Shown: positions 9,580 to 20,330 of the stretch, one piece after another | Layout: each line of letters begins with the position of its first letter | Numbering within the stretch: the stretch's first letter is position 1 | Source: Candidatus Velthaea sp. | GTDB taxonomy: Bacteria; Vulcanimicrobiota; Vulcanimicrobiia; Vulcanimicrobiales; Vulcanimicrobiaceae | Assembly (NCBI GenBank): GCA_965214935.1 | Contig: CBDCCS010000018.1 | Location: forward strand, 320,001-384,000 | Reading direction: 5' to 3' | DNA length: 64,000 bases | Notes under the pieces: model-generated | What the model was told of the DNA's origin: nothing | What the model saw: the letters and a program-made list of their open reading frames with translations, nothing else | The model's database searches: none | Program-made: the position numbers and the translations under genes

Positions 9580-10569
9580 ATGATCGTTTCGGTCGTTTCA
9601 CTCATGCTGCTAGTTCCAGGGACGGCAGGTGCAACGCAGGCGCGCCACCTGCACGGTCTCGTCCTCGGTTTGACGCCGCAAACGGGGACGATCATCATAC
9701 GACATGAGGCCGTTTCCGGTATGCCGGCGATGGCGATGCCGTTCCGGGTCATTCCCCAGGCACGTGCGCGTGAACTGCTAATCGGTTCGATTATCGATGC
9801 CGATGTCGATACGAGCACCGAGCCTTGGACGCTGCGTCATGTGATAAGCACGGCCGCCCAACGGGTGACGAGCGACGCGCTCATGCGGCATGTCACACCG
9901 CTTCGGGTCGGCGATGCGGTGCCTGCAACGGCGTTCGTCGATCAAGCCGGGCATTCGTTCAACGTTGCGCAGTTGCGCGGCCAAGACGTCGTGCTCGCAT
10001 TTATCTACACGCGCTGTCAAGACGCCCGGATGTGTCCGCTTATCTCGGCAAAATTTCACGCCTTGCAGCCGCTTCTCGGCCGCCGCCACGCCCATCTCGT
10101 AGAAGTAACGCTCGATCCGGCCTACGATCGGCCGTCCGTACTGGCGCGCTATGCTGCAACTTTCGGCGCAGATGCAACAAGATGGACGCTGGCCGTGGGC
10201 GATGCCGAGGCAACGCTCGACTTTGCGGCGCGTTTCGGCGTGACGACGTTTCCCGATCCGAATATCGGGCTGATTCACGCGGAAAATACGGTCTTGATCG
10301 GTCCCGACGGCAACATCGCCGAAATGATTACCGACACCTCGTGGACGCCGAATGAGATCGTCGCGCAGATCGATGCGCAGCATGGACTTGCGAGCAATCC
10401 GATCGCTCGCTTCAACTTGTGGCTATCGAAGACGGCGTCGGCGGTCTGCGGTAACGACGTCGGACAATTTAGCGGCCTCCGCGATCTGATCGTCGTATCG
10501 ATTCTTATCGGCGCGCTCGGTTATCTCGCACGCCGGTTGTATCGCGCAATCTTTGTCGAGAATGTCTAA
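9580..10569 (+). CDS. SCO family copper chaperone with N-terminal CusF-like copper-binding domain
   Basis: IRHEAVSGMPAMAMPF (CusF-like); FIYTRCQDARMCP; VTLDPAYD; conserved His in IHAENT. Confidence 0.85.
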   Translation: MIVSVVSLMLLVPGTAGATQARHLHGLVLGLTPQTGTIIIRHEAVSGMPAMAMPFRVIPQARARELLIGSIIDADVDTSTEPWTLRHVISTAAQRVTSDALMRHVTPLRVGDAVPATAFVDQAGHSFNVAQLRGQDVVLAFIYTRCQDARMCPLISAKFHALQPLLGRRHAHLVEVTLDPAYDRPSVLARYAATFGADATRWTLAVGDAEATLDFAARFGVTTFPDPNIGLIHAENTVLIGPDGNIAEMITDTSWTPNEIVAQIDAQHGLASNPIARFNLWLSKTASAVCGNDVGQFSGLRDLIVVSILIGALGYLARRLYRAIFVENV

Positions 10570-11035
10570 CGCGTCCGCAACGACGCTGAGCGTGCGGCTC
10601 GCGGGCGACGGCGACCGCGACTTTGTTTTGCGGCTCGCAGCGCGCTTTAGTGAAACGCGAGCGCCCTGGCGCGGCGACGACGAAGTCGCCGGCGGCACGC
10701 GGCGTCAGTTAGCTGCCGCGTTCGAGACGCCGCGTGAGGGCGATACGCTGCTGATCGCCGTCAATGGAAACGGCGCGCGCGCCGGCTTTGCGTATGTGGT
10801 AACGCACGAAGACTTTTTCACCGGGGAGCCGCACGGCCATATCTCCGAGCTTGCGGCAACGGTCGACGGCAACGGTGCGGGACGCGTGCTGCTGGCGGCT
10901 TGCGAAGCTTGGTCGCGCGCTCGCGGCTTCCGCTACCTCTCCCTCAATGTTAACGATGCCAACGCAGCAGCGCGCGCGTTTTACGCGCGGCATTCGTTCG
11001 AGGCCGAGTACCGGCACCTCGTCAAACTGCTTTAG
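10562..11035 (+). CDS. GNAT family N-acetyltransferase
   Basis: GAGRVLL..CEAWSRARG; LNVNDANAAARAFY. Confidence 0.85.
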   Translation: MSNASATTLSVRLAGDGDRDFVLRLAARFSETRAPWRGDDEVAGGTRRQLAAAFETPREGDTLLIAVNGNGARAGFAYVVTHEDFFTGEPHGHISELAATVDGNGAGRVLLAACEAWSRARGFRYLSLNVNDANAAARAFYARHSFEAEYRHLVKLL

Positions 11036-12444
11036 CGATCGGTTGCGGGTTCGTGCCGTTCGCCCGCTTTCGACGCCAGTGCGAGCGTTAAGGCCGCTGC
11101 TACAACGGCGATGAGCGTGAACGCGAAGTAGGCGTCGCGGTAACCTTGAAGATCGACGGCATGCGCAGCGACGATGCCGCCGGCAAGCGAGCCACCGAAA
11201 ATCTGGCCGATAATGAGAAAGATTGAAAGCAGCCCGACGGCCCCGGCGCGCTGATCGGCCGTGACGCTGTTGGTAATGATATAGCGCGTCGGTGCGCCCA
11301 GCAGCGCACCAAAGCCGATGCCCGCAATGACCATGGCGGCAATTGAGATCCACAGCGTCGCGAAGCCGAAGGCAAAGATGCACAATCCGAGCGCTGTCAG
11401 CACCGTTCCGACCGTAAGCACCCAGCGGCTGCCGACGGCGTCGAGTGCGCGTCCGGCACCCGGGATCACGACCACGAACATCAGCGCGCCCAGAGCCGCA
11501 ATGCCGCCGGCGGCCGCATACGTCATGTGTTGGGCGGCGACAAGCGCGGCCGGGATAAAGAATAGTGCACCTTCAAGAATGCCGATGAGCACCTCGAGCG
11601 CGTAGGTGACTTGCAGTTGGCGTTGCGTGAAGAGATACAGCCGGACGACGGGCTCCTTCGCTTGCCGTTCGATGCCGACGAATGCTGCAAAAAATGCAAC
11701 GCCGATTGCCAGCATCGGCGCAAGCAGAACGCCAAGCCGGGTGAGCCCGATCATCACCGCGAGCAGACCGAGCGTCAGCGTGACGATTCCCCCGATATCG
11801 AGCGGTCCGCGTACGTTACTGACCTTCGCGGGAACCGTCGTGCGCGCCATCGCAATCACGACGACGGCGAGCGGAATATTGGCGGCAAAGATCCAGTGCC
11901 AGGAAAGAACGTGCGTGAGAACGCCGCCGAGACTCGGCCCGATAATCGCCGCGAGACCCCACGTCGCTGCGACGAGTCCAAGTGCCGCGCCGCGCCGCTC
12001 GACCGGCACGCGATCGGCGATCGCCGCGGTTGCGACCGGGAAGATACCGCCGGCACCGGCGGCCTGAATCGCTCGCGCGATGAGAAAGAACGTGAAGCTG
12101 CGCGCGGAAATCGCCGCGACCGAACCAACGGCAAAAATCGCTACGCACGCGATGTACACCGGCCGGCGGCCGTTTCGGTCCGCAAGTTTGGTCATGATCG
12201 GTATGCTTGCGATATTGGCCAGCAAGTACAGCGTGAAAACCCAAGCTAATGCGTCCGGACCAACCTTGAATGCACGCGCCAGCGCCGGTAGCGCCGGGCT
12301 CAGTACGCCGAGATCGAGCGCACCGGCGAAAACGCCCAGACCAAGGGTCACCAGTAGCGGGACCGTCGAACGATCGAGCCGGTGGCCCGCAATGCTGGTG
12401 TCGCCCGGTTCGGACGCCGGCCGCGGAGAACTTGTTACCGCCAT
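11032..12444 (-). CDS. MFS transporter (DHA2-like drug/H+ antiporter)
   Basis: ALDLGVLSPALP; KLADRNGRRPVY; ARAIQAAGAGG; many TM segments. Confidence 0.9.
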   Translation of the reverse strand: MAVTSSPRPASEPGDTSIAGHRLDRSTVPLLVTLGLGVFAGALDLGVLSPALPALARAFKVGPDALAWVFTLYLLANIASIPIMTKLADRNGRRPVYIACVAIFAVGSVAAISARSFTFFLIARAIQAAGAGGIFPVATAAIADRVPVERRGAALGLVAATWGLAAIIGPSLGGVLTHVLSWHWIFAANIPLAVVVIAMARTTVPAKVSNVRGPLDIGGIVTLTLGLLAVMIGLTRLGVLLAPMLAIGVAFFAAFVGIERQAKEPVVRLYLFTQRQLQVTYALEVLIGILEGALFFIPAALVAAQHMTYAAAGGIAALGALMFVVVIPGAGRALDAVGSRWVLTVGTVLTALGLCIFAFGFATLWISIAAMVIAGIGFGALLGAPTRYIITNSVTADQRAGAVGLLSIFLIIGQIFGGSLAGGIVAAHAVDLQGYRDAYFAFTLIAVVAAALTLALASKAGERHEPATDR

Positions 12445-12461
12445 AACGATCGCATGAGAGC

Positions 12462-13391
12462 TTAGACTACGATTGTGATAATGCGGTCGGCCACCATCGC
12501 TACACACATCAGCGCAAGATACAAGAGCGAATACTTGAAGAGCGCGCGCGGCCACCGTTTCGAGTCGTCGCCGAATAACTTCCAAGCGTACATGAGAAAG
12601 ATACCGCCGAGCACGGCAGCCGCGCCGAAATAGCACGGGCCCATCAAATGCAGCGGCCACAACGCAAGTGACATTACGACGAGTACGACGGAATAGACGA
12701 AGATCTCGCGTTTGGTCCGCGGTACGCCGGCGACATTAGGCAGCATCGGAATATTTGCTTTGTCGTAATCGATGTTCGTCATGAGCGCCAAGGCCCAAAA
12801 ATGCGGCGGCGTCCAAAGAAAAACCAGCAAGAATAAGCCGACCGCCGGCCCGCCCACCTGGCCGGTGATCGCGGCCCAGCCGACGAGCGGGGGAATCGCA
12901 CCGGCGGCGCCGCCGATGACGATGTTGAGCGGCGTTCGGCGCTTGAGCCACATGGTGTAGATCAGCACGTAAAAGGCGTTGCCGGCCAGCGATAACCAGG
13001 CTGCGAGCGGATTCACGAATGCGAACAGTACGGCTAACGAAGCACAGCCGGAGATCGCTGCAAAGATCAATGCATTCACCACGGAAATGCGGCCTGCAGC
13101 CAGCGGCCGGCTCTTCGTGCGGCGCATGAGCCGGTCGATATCGCGATCCCAAACGCAATTAAAGGCTCCCGCCGATGCCGATGCAAGCGCCCCGCCCGTA
13201 AGCGTCCAAACGGTCAACCAAAACGGCGGCAATCCGCGTTGTGCCATCATCATCGCAGCGAACGTCGTGATGAGCAGCAGATAAATGATACGCGGCTTGG
13301 TCAACTCGAAGTAATCGGCGAACGCTCCACGCCAACCCGTCGGTGCAAGCGGTGCAACAACGCCGTCGACGCGCGAAAGCGTCGAACTCAC
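12462..13391 (-). CDS. ctaB: Heme o synthase (protoheme IX farnesyltransferase)
   Basis: LTKPRII; DRDIDRLMRRTKSRP; YTMWLKRRT; WTPPHFWAL; GTG start overlaps ctaA stop. Confidence 0.95.
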   Translation of the reverse strand: MSSTLSRVDGVVAPLAPTGWRGAFADYFELTKPRIIYLLLITTFAAMMMAQRGLPPFWLTVWTLTGGALASASAGAFNCVWDRDIDRLMRRTKSRPLAAGRISVVNALIFAAISGCASLAVLFAFVNPLAAWLSLAGNAFYVLIYTMWLKRRTPLNIVIGGAAGAIPPLVGWAAITGQVGGPAVGLFLLVFLWTPPHFWALALMTNIDYDKANIPMLPNVAGVPRTKREIFVYSVVLVVMSLALWPLHLMGPCYFGAAAVLGGIFLMYAWKLFGDDSKRWPRALFKYSLLYLALMCVAMVADRIITIVV

Positions 13392-14317
13392 AAGCGGCTC
13401 GCGACCGTCGACCCGGTTGCGGTACGCGCCGGCCGGCGACTTGCGGCGGCCGCCGTGCCGTCGAGACTTGCCAGCACGAAAGCGCTGACGAACGCCAGAA
13501 ACGTCAAGCCGGCATTTGCGGCATGCGCTTCGCGGAGCGCCGTCGGCAATGCCCAGATCACGTTGGCAATTCCGAGTGCAATTTGCAAAACGATACAAGC
13601 AAATCCGCCCAGCGTCGCCGCACGTACGCGTCCGGTCGTCGAGCTAGCGGCCCAATACGCGGCCGCCGTCGCAAAGACGAAGAAGGTTCCGGCCAAGCCG
13701 CGATGCAGCATTTGGGCGAATTGCGCCGCCGTGACGCCCAGCCAGTTCCCGTCACAACTCGGAAACGACAGGCAGGCTAACCCGGCACCGCTCGAACTCA
13801 CATACGCCCCTGCGCACATCGCGCCAAAGGCCGTCAGGACGCTTACTCCAAGCACGGCATAGAGGCCGGATTGTTGCGCGCGCGGGCGTTCGACGGCCGG
13901 CTGGGCAACCGACAGAATTGCCAGCGCCGTCAGCTCGGCTAGAAATGCCATTGCGGTCGCCCAGTGCCAAACAACCGACGGCGGATTGTTCGCCAGGGCC
14001 ACCGTTGCCCCGCCCAATATGACTTGCACCCCGAACGTAACGGCGATCGCAAGTAACACGGGCCGCACGAAGGCGATCCGGTTACGTGCTTGCCACCCGG
14101 CGATCAATGCACCGAGAACGAGAAAGCCGACCGCAAATGCGACCATCCGGTGCGACCATTCGAGAATCACGCCGCCGTCGAGCGGCGGGATAATTTGCCC
14201 GTGGCAAAGCGGCCAGTCGGGGCAGGTCATACCGGCGCCGTTGATACGAATCCAACTGCCTAAAACAGCGAGTGCGAAAGCCGCCGCTGCGGCAGACCAA
14301 GAGAAGGCACGGAACAT
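13388..14317 (-). CDS. ctaA: Heme A synthase (COX15/CtaA)
   Basis: GMTCPDWPLCHG; LEWSHR; GLACLSFPSC; LHR. Confidence 0.92.
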   Translation of the reverse strand: MFRAFSWSAAAAAFALAVLGSWIRINGAGMTCPDWPLCHGQIIPPLDGGVILEWSHRMVAFAVGFLVLGALIAGWQARNRIAFVRPVLLAIAVTFGVQVILGGATVALANNPPSVVWHWATAMAFLAELTALAILSVAQPAVERPRAQQSGLYAVLGVSVLTAFGAMCAGAYVSSSGAGLACLSFPSCDGNWLGVTAAQFAQMLHRGLAGTFFVFATAAAYWAASSTTGRVRAATLGGFACIVLQIALGIANVIWALPTALREAHAANAGLTFLAFVSAFVLASLDGTAAAASRRPARTATGSTVASRL

Positions 14318-14486
14318 TATCACTAGCGTACCCGGACGGACTGCGGGCAGCAACGACATTGGTTAAGAAAACACGTCCGAGCCGCTTTCCAACGCTTCGA
14401 GTCGTTGACGCTCGACGGCCGGCGAACGCTCATCCTGCGGCGCGGTGTTGAGGTATCGGGACTCCCGGCTGTCGAAAACGTCGCCA

Positions 14487-14918
14487 ATGCGTGTTTTCGC
14501 AGCTCTCCTTCTGATCGTCGCGCTGGCCGGTTGTCGTGAAGTTCGCGTACAAACCTTCAAAACCGGACAAACGTCGTCGACCGGACCGTCGCAAATCGTC
14601 GTGCTGCGTGACGTGCGGGTCTTGCATCAATACGGAATTAACGCGCCGGTCCGCTTCAACCACGAGTTCGGCGTGTTGTTGTTAATGGGGCCGCATCGCG
14701 AAACCGGTTGGGCGCAGATCATCGAATCGATCCGGGCGAATAGCGAACGCGTACGGATCGTTGCGTTCGAGCGCGGACCGCTCGGCGGCGGTGAACCGGC
14801 GGCCGCGTATCGCACCTACACGCTATGGATCGTACCGAATTCGGTCTACCGCGTTCGCTCGATCGTCGATGTCGTTACGCCGTCGGGCGATTTGGTAACG
14901 TCCACCACCTTGCGCTAA
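14487..14918 (+). CDS. Lipoprotein, possibly PrcB C-terminal-like
   Basis: Lipobox LAGC; MGPHRETGWAQIIESI pattern. Confidence 0.65.
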   Translation: MRVFAALLLIVALAGCREVRVQTFKTGQTSSTGPSQIVVLRDVRVLHQYGINAPVRFNHEFGVLLLMGPHRETGWAQIIESIRANSERVRIVAFERGPLGGGEPAAAYRTYTLWIVPNSVYRVRSIVDVVTPSGDLVTSTTLR

Positions 14919-15169
14919 GCGCCGGTGTCTGGATTTTCGCAAAATTTGAACTGCCGGTGAGGTTGCTGCGTTGTTCGGTACGGGTATGACGGCGAAAACC
15001 TAAGGAACTTGCAGGTCGCGTCGATATTGGCAGTACAACAGCCCGCCTCGCGGTTATTGCAACGCGCAAATTGTCTCGGATCGCGCCCGGGCAGCCGTAC
15101 CGAACGATTCGTCACGCGCACGCCCGTGCCGGCCGCACATCAAACCATTACAGGACTTGCATAACGATC

Positions 15170-16261
15170 ATGAACGCGACCGCGCTCGACCAGTTCGACG
15201 TAACGATCACGCGCTTAGGCGTCGTTTTTGCGCCCGACGGTTCACCGGATGAAGCCGAAGGCGTCCTCAATCCGGCAAGCGCGCGCACCCGTGATGGTGC
15301 GCTCTTGCTGTTTCCACGCGTCGTCGGACACGGCAACGTCTCGCGCGTCGGCATTGCGCGCGGGTTCGAGCGGGACGGCGACATTCGCTTCGACCGTCAA
15401 GGGTACGCACTCGAGCCGCAGACGCCCTACGAACTCCGGCCGGCAAATAACGGCGGCATGGGCTGTGAAGATCCGCGCGTCACCTTCATCGCCGCGCTCG
15501 ACCGGTATGTCATGGCCTATACCGCGTTTGGTCCGAACGGACCACGCATCGCCGTCGCCGTCTCAACCGATGCCGTCGTGTGGGAACGCTTAGGACTCGT
15601 CGACTTCTCGGCGCCGGGTCTGCCGAGCGGCGATGACAAGGACGGCGTCTTTTTTCCCGAGCCCGTCCGTTCGCCCGACGGCGTCCTGTCGATTGCTTTT
15701 TATCACCGGCCGATGCTGCGCTTCACCACGCTCAATGGACGCGCGACCGTGCCGGCCATTCTCGAATTGCCGCCCGAGCGTCGTGAATGTACGCGGATCG
15801 CCTACGTACCGCTGGAGCCGATTCGTGACGACGTTCGCAATATTCTCAAGGTGACGGAAAGTGCGCTCGTTTTACCGCCCGATGGTTCGTGGGGCGCCAT
15901 AAAAACCGGGGCGGGTACGCCGCCCGTGCGCATCGATGAGGGCTGGTTTTCGCTCTATCACGCGGTCGATGCGGTTGCCGTCGGCGACTCGTATCACATG
16001 ATTTACAGCGCCGGCGTGATCGTTCACGACATCGATCGGCCGCATATCGTCTTGTACCGCTCGCCCGCACCGGTCATGAAACCCGAAGGGATCGACGAAG
16101 TTCACGGCACGGTCAATAACGTTGTTTTTCCGACGGCCATCGATCAGCGGGGCGATCGGACGTTCGATGTGTACTATGGAATGGCCGACGCGAAAATCGG
16201 CCGGGCCGGCTGCGCGCTTCCGAATGCATACGCCGCAGCCGCCGACGAGAACGCCGCTTAA
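15170..16261 (+). CDS. Glycoside hydrolase family 130 (beta-mannoside phosphorylase/hydrolase-like)
   Basis: GVLNPAS; GCEDPRVT; DKDGVFFP; GTVNNVVFP; YYGMAD. Confidence 0.9.
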   Translation: MNATALDQFDVTITRLGVVFAPDGSPDEAEGVLNPASARTRDGALLLFPRVVGHGNVSRVGIARGFERDGDIRFDRQGYALEPQTPYELRPANNGGMGCEDPRVTFIAALDRYVMAYTAFGPNGPRIAVAVSTDAVVWERLGLVDFSAPGLPSGDDKDGVFFPEPVRSPDGVLSIAFYHRPMLRFTTLNGRATVPAILELPPERRECTRIAYVPLEPIRDDVRNILKVTESALVLPPDGSWGAIKTGAGTPPVRIDEGWFSLYHAVDAVAVGDSYHMIYSAGVIVHDIDRPHIVLYRSPAPVMKPEGIDEVHGTVNNVVFPTAIDQRGDRTFDVYYGMADAKIGRAGCALPNAYAAAADENAA

Positions 16262-16739
16262 CCGGCCGCTCTGGCCGTTTTTCGCCGCCGCGGCCGCAAT
16301 CGTCGTCCTATTCGGATCTATCGCATTTGCGCGGCGCGGCGGCCCGCCGGATCTCAAGGTAAGCGGACCCGTTACGGGGACACCGACCCCGACAGCCGAG
16401 CGGCCCGAAGCCGGCGGCTCGGCGGCGACGCGCGGCAGCTTTCTCGGCTCCGGCTCCTGGACGATGAGCTCGCTGCCCGAGTGTTTTCGCGAGCGCGAAC
16501 GGCTGCGCGGCCCGCTCCAAGCGTTACGCGCGTCGTTTCCTCCGCCCGCTGCCCGCATCTCGCCGGCGACCGTCGTCCGTGCCGGCGATTGTACGATCGT
16601 CGTGAGCAAACACGAACTGCAAATTGCGCGTGGCGCCGATCGCTTGCGTGTTCCGCCCGAAGCAACGCTCTATCGCGAAGCTTCGGGCTTGACGCTCGTC
16701 TACGTGCATGGCCAATCGGCGGAGATCCGGCGCTATTAA
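16224..16739 (+). CDS. Hypothetical membrane-anchored protein (start uncertain)
   Basis: TM segment LWPFFAAAAAIVVLFG; fills the gap between GH130 and prfC. Confidence 0.55.
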   Translation: MHTPQPPTRTPLNRPLWPFFAAAAAIVVLFGSIAFARRGGPPDLKVSGPVTGTPTPTAERPEAGGSAATRGSFLGSGSWTMSSLPECFRERERLRGPLQALRASFPPPAARISPATVVRAGDCTIVVSKHELQIARGADRLRVPPEATLYREASGLTLVYVHGQSAEIRRY

Positions 16740-16781
16740 CGGGCAAAGTATGCCCGGCGCTTCGTCGAACGCAGACCGCTG

Positions 16782-18392
16782 ATGGATCTTGTTACCGAAG
16801 TCGCGAAACGCCGTACGTTTGCGATCATCTCGCATCCCGATGCCGGCAAAACGACGCTGACGGAAAAGCTGCTGCTGTACGGCGGAGCGATCAACACCGC
16901 GGGCCAGGTGACGGCGCGGCGCAAGGCGCGCTCCGCGACGTCGGACTGGATGGAGCTCGAACGCGAACGCGGCATCTCCATCACCTCGACGGTGCTGCAA
17001 TTTCCGTACGCCGGCCACACGATGAATCTGCTCGATACGCCCGGTCACCAAGATTTCGGCGAGGACACGTATCGCACGCTGCTCGCCGCCGATAGTGCGG
17101 TAATGTTGCTCGATGCGGCCAAAGGCGTCGAACCGCAGACGCGCAAGCTCTTCGCAATTTGCCGCGCGCGGCGAATCCCGCTCTTCACGTTCATCAACAA
17201 GCTCGACCGGCCGAGTCTCGATCCGCTCGCGCTGCTCGATGAGCTTGAAAACGTGCTGGGCATCGGCGCATATCCGATCAATTGGCCGCTGGGCAATGGG
17301 CCCTCGTTCCGCGGCGTGTACGACCGGATAAGCCGAGATTTGCACCTATTCGAGCGGACGGAACACGGCGCGAAGAAAGCGCCGGTCTCGGTTACCGACG
17401 TGCGCGATCCGCGCATCGCGTCGTTGACCGATGAGACGACGTACCGCGAGTTCATCGAGCAGTTGGAGTTGCTCGAAGGCGCGGGATCCGAATTCGACCG
17501 CGATGCGATGCTGCGCGGCGATGCGACGCCGGTGTTTTTCGGCAGCGCGGTGACGAACTTCGGCGTCGAGTTGTTTCTCGATGCGTTCGTAAAGTTAGGT
17601 CCGCCGCCGGCGGCGCACGTCGACCTCGAACAGGAAACAATCGAACCGACGGACGAGCGTTTTTCGGGCTTTGTTTTTAAGATCCAAGCGAATATGGATC
17701 CGCGGCATCGCGACCGGATCGCTTTCGTGCGCGTTTGTTCGGGCAAATTCGAGCGTGACATGACGGTGAAAAACATGCGCACCGGCAAAGACGTCCGGCT
17801 GACGCGAGCGATGAAATTGTTCGCCAGCGATCGTGAGTCGGTCGACTTAGCGTTTGCCGGCGATGTGTTAGGCCTCGCGAACCCCGGTTCGTTTGCGATC
17901 GGCGATACGCTCAGCGATGGTGACGACATTACCTTCAGCGGCATCCCGGCCTTCGAGCCGGAACATTTTGCGCTCGTGCGCAGTATCGACAGCGGAGCGT
18001 ACAAATCGTTCCAAAAAGGCATCGCTCAATTACGCGAAGAGGGTGCAATTCAAGTGATGTATCCGTACGGCCAAACACGCACCGAACCCATACTAGCCGC
18101 CGTCGGCGAGCTGCAATTCGAGGTGGTAAAGTACCGGTTGGAAGCGGAGTACAATGTCAAGACGATCTTTTCGACGTTGCCGTATTCGCTGGCGCGCCGA
18201 GTCGTTGCCGATCCCGAGGCAATAGCGGCGGCGACGCTGCCCTCGAACGCTAAGTTCGTCGAAGACTGGAACGGCGAAGCGCTCGCATTGTTTGAAAGCA
18301 ATTGGAGTCTGCGCTTGGGTCAAGAGTGGAATCCGGGACTGACCTTCGAGCCGTTCAACGGCCGCGATCTTGCGCTCGAGTTGCCGGCATGA
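16782..18392 (+). CDS. prfC: Peptide chain release factor 3
   Basis: RRTFAIISHPDAGKTTLTEKLLL; SDWMELERERGIS; FKIQANMDPRHRDRIAF. Confidence 0.98.
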   Translation: MDLVTEVAKRRTFAIISHPDAGKTTLTEKLLLYGGAINTAGQVTARRKARSATSDWMELERERGISITSTVLQFPYAGHTMNLLDTPGHQDFGEDTYRTLLAADSAVMLLDAAKGVEPQTRKLFAICRARRIPLFTFINKLDRPSLDPLALLDELENVLGIGAYPINWPLGNGPSFRGVYDRISRDLHLFERTEHGAKKAPVSVTDVRDPRIASLTDETTYREFIEQLELLEGAGSEFDRDAMLRGDATPVFFGSAVTNFGVELFLDAFVKLGPPPAAHVDLEQETIEPTDERFSGFVFKIQANMDPRHRDRIAFVRVCSGKFERDMTVKNMRTGKDVRLTRAMKLFASDRESVDLAFAGDVLGLANPGSFAIGDTLSDGDDITFSGIPAFEPEHFALVRSIDSGAYKSFQKGIAQLREEGAIQVMYPYGQTRTEPILAAVGELQFEVVKYRLEAEYNVKTIFSTLPYSLARRVVADPEAIAAATLPSNAKFVEDWNGEALALFESNWSLRLGQEWNPGLTFEPFNGRDLALELPA

Positions 18393-18817
18393 ACGTACCG
18401 AAGTACGGTACCGGTCCTATCGCAGTCAACCCGCGCGGCCGTCAACTCATCTTCGCCGTAGCGATCGTCGTTTTCATCATCATCGTTCTGCGGGCGTTTC
18501 TACCGCACGAGAATCATTACGAGAAAATTGCTCGCGGCCTAACGGCAGCGCTGCAAAGCAACAATGTGGATGCCGTCAAAAGTTATCAGAATTCAGAGAC
18601 GGCTACGACGATCAATCGCGGCATCGTCGGGCGCGCGGCCGATACCCTCGCGCCGCTCGGCAAACTCAAGAACGTCAAGGAGACGACGCCCAAGGACGCC
18701 GCGGACCGCGTGCATTCATTCGACGTCACATTCGACAAAGGCGCGATCCGCGAAGAGATGAAGCTCGATCCGGATTCCAAGATCGTACATTTCCGCTACG
18801 AGCCGGCGACGCCGTAG
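18389..18817 (+). CDS. Hypothetical membrane-anchored protein
   Basis: ATGA overlap with prfC; TM LIFAVAIVVFIIIVL. Confidence 0.75.
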   Translation: MNVPKYGTGPIAVNPRGRQLIFAVAIVVFIIIVLRAFLPHENHYEKIARGLTAALQSNNVDAVKSYQNSETATTINRGIVGRAADTLAPLGKLKNVKETTPKDAADRVHSFDVTFDKGAIREEMKLDPDSKIVHFRYEPATP

Positions 18818-19788
18818 TGCTCGCCGCAACGCCGGTGGTAACGGTCGCCGACGTTAGGGCGGCGGCCGACCGATTGCGCGGCGTCGCGCATCGAACGCCG
18901 GTCGTAACGTCGCGCACGCTGGACGAGCGCACCGGTTCGACGGCGTTCTTGAAGTGCGAGAATTTGCAGCGGATGGGCGCCTTCAAGTTTCGCGGTGCTT
19001 ACAATCGTCTCGTTCAACTCGGTGGAAGCGAGCGCAAACGCGGCGTGGTGGCGTTTTCGAGCGGCAATCACGCCCAAGGCGTCGCGCTGTCGGCGCAGCT
19101 GCTCGGCATGCGCGCGACGATCGTCATGCCGTCGGATGCGCCCGCGGCGAAGATTGCGGCGACGCGCGGATACGGCGCGGAAGTCGTCATCTACGATCGT
19201 GCAACAATGAACCGGGCGGAACTGACCGAGTCGATCGCGCGTGAAAGCGGTGCAATCGTGGTGCCGCCCTACGACGATGCGTTCATCATTGCGGGTCAGG
19301 GGACGGTCGCGCTCGAGCTGCTCGAAGAGACCGGTGCGCTCGACGTGCTGCTGGTGTGTCTCGGCGGCGGCGGTTTGCTCGCCGGTTCGGCGCTGGCCGC
19401 AACGGCGCTCGCACCACCAATTGCCGTGTGGGGCGTCGAGCCGGCGGCGGGCGACGACTGGCTACAGTCGTGGCAGAGCGGAAAGATCGTCTCGATCCCG
19501 GTGCCGCAGACGATCGCGGACGGACAGCAAACGCAAGCACCCGGCGAGCTGACATGGCCGATCGCTCGCGCGCTCTGCGCCGGCGTCGTGACCGTCACCG
19601 ACGACGAGATCCGCGCAGCGATGCGCTTCGCTTTCGAGCGGCTCAAACTCGTGCTGGAGCCGAGCGGCGCATGCGCACTCGCCGCGCTTTTGTTTGCAAA
19701 AGTCGACGTCATGGGCAAGCGCGTTGGTGTTACGCTCAGCGGAGGCAACGTCGATCCGGTCGTTTTTGCGCAGGCGATCGCAAGATGA
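18817..19788 (+). CDS. PLP-dependent serine/threonine dehydratase family (threo-3-hydroxyaspartate ammonia-lyase-like)
   Basis: LKCENLQRMGAFKFRGA; SSGNHAQG; GGGGLL; SGGNVD. Confidence 0.92.
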   Translation: MLAATPVVTVADVRAAADRLRGVAHRTPVVTSRTLDERTGSTAFLKCENLQRMGAFKFRGAYNRLVQLGGSERKRGVVAFSSGNHAQGVALSAQLLGMRATIVMPSDAPAAKIAATRGYGAEVVIYDRATMNRAELTESIARESGAIVVPPYDDAFIIAGQGTVALELLEETGALDVLLVCLGGGGLLAGSALAATALAPPIAVWGVEPAAGDDWLQSWQSGKIVSIPVPQTIADGQQTQAPGELTWPIARALCAGVVTVTDDEIRAAMRFAFERLKLVLEPSGACALAALLFAKVDVMGKRVGVTLSGGNVDPVVFAQAIAR

Positions 19789-20330
19789 TGCCCGTGCTCG
19801 CTGCCGTCCTCGTCGCGCTTTACACGAGCGCCGGCGAGATCGACGTGCGCGTCGACACCGTGCATGCGCCGAGAAGTGCGGCGAACTTCCTGAGCTACGT
19901 GCGGCGCGGCTTTTTTGATGGCGGCTCGTTCTTCCGCACGGTCACGACCCGGCCCGACAATCAACCGCGAAGCCGAGTAAAGATCGACGTCATTCAAGCC
20001 ACGCATGACACGCGTACGCATAAAATACTCGATCGGCCGGTCGCCTTCGAGGCAACGAGCGTTACCGGCTTACGTCATCGCGACGGAACGGTTTCGCTGG
20101 CGCGCGACGCGGCGCTCAATACCGCACAGACCGATTTCTTCATCTGCATCGGTGCACAGCCGAGCTTAGACGACGGTGGTTTGCGCTCGAAAGACCATCG
20201 CGGCTTCGCGGCCTTCGGCCAGGTCGTGCGCGGCCTGAACGTCGTGCGAGCGATCCACTCGTCACCGCAAAGCGCGCAACAATTACAGCCGCCGTTTACG
20301 ATTTTGCGGGCGCGCGTAATCGGTAAGTAG
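19785..20330 (+). CDS. Cyclophilin-type peptidyl-prolyl isomerase
   Basis: APRSAANFLSYV; HRDGTVSLAR; DFFI; AAFGQVVRG. Confidence 0.9.
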   Translation: MMPVLAAVLVALYTSAGEIDVRVDTVHAPRSAANFLSYVRRGFFDGGSFFRTVTTRPDNQPRSRVKIDVIQATHDTRTHKILDRPVAFEATSVTGLRHRDGTVSLARDAALNTAQTDFFICIGAQPSLDDGGLRSKDHRGFAAFGQVVRGLNVVRAIHSSPQSAQQLQPPFTILRARVIGK

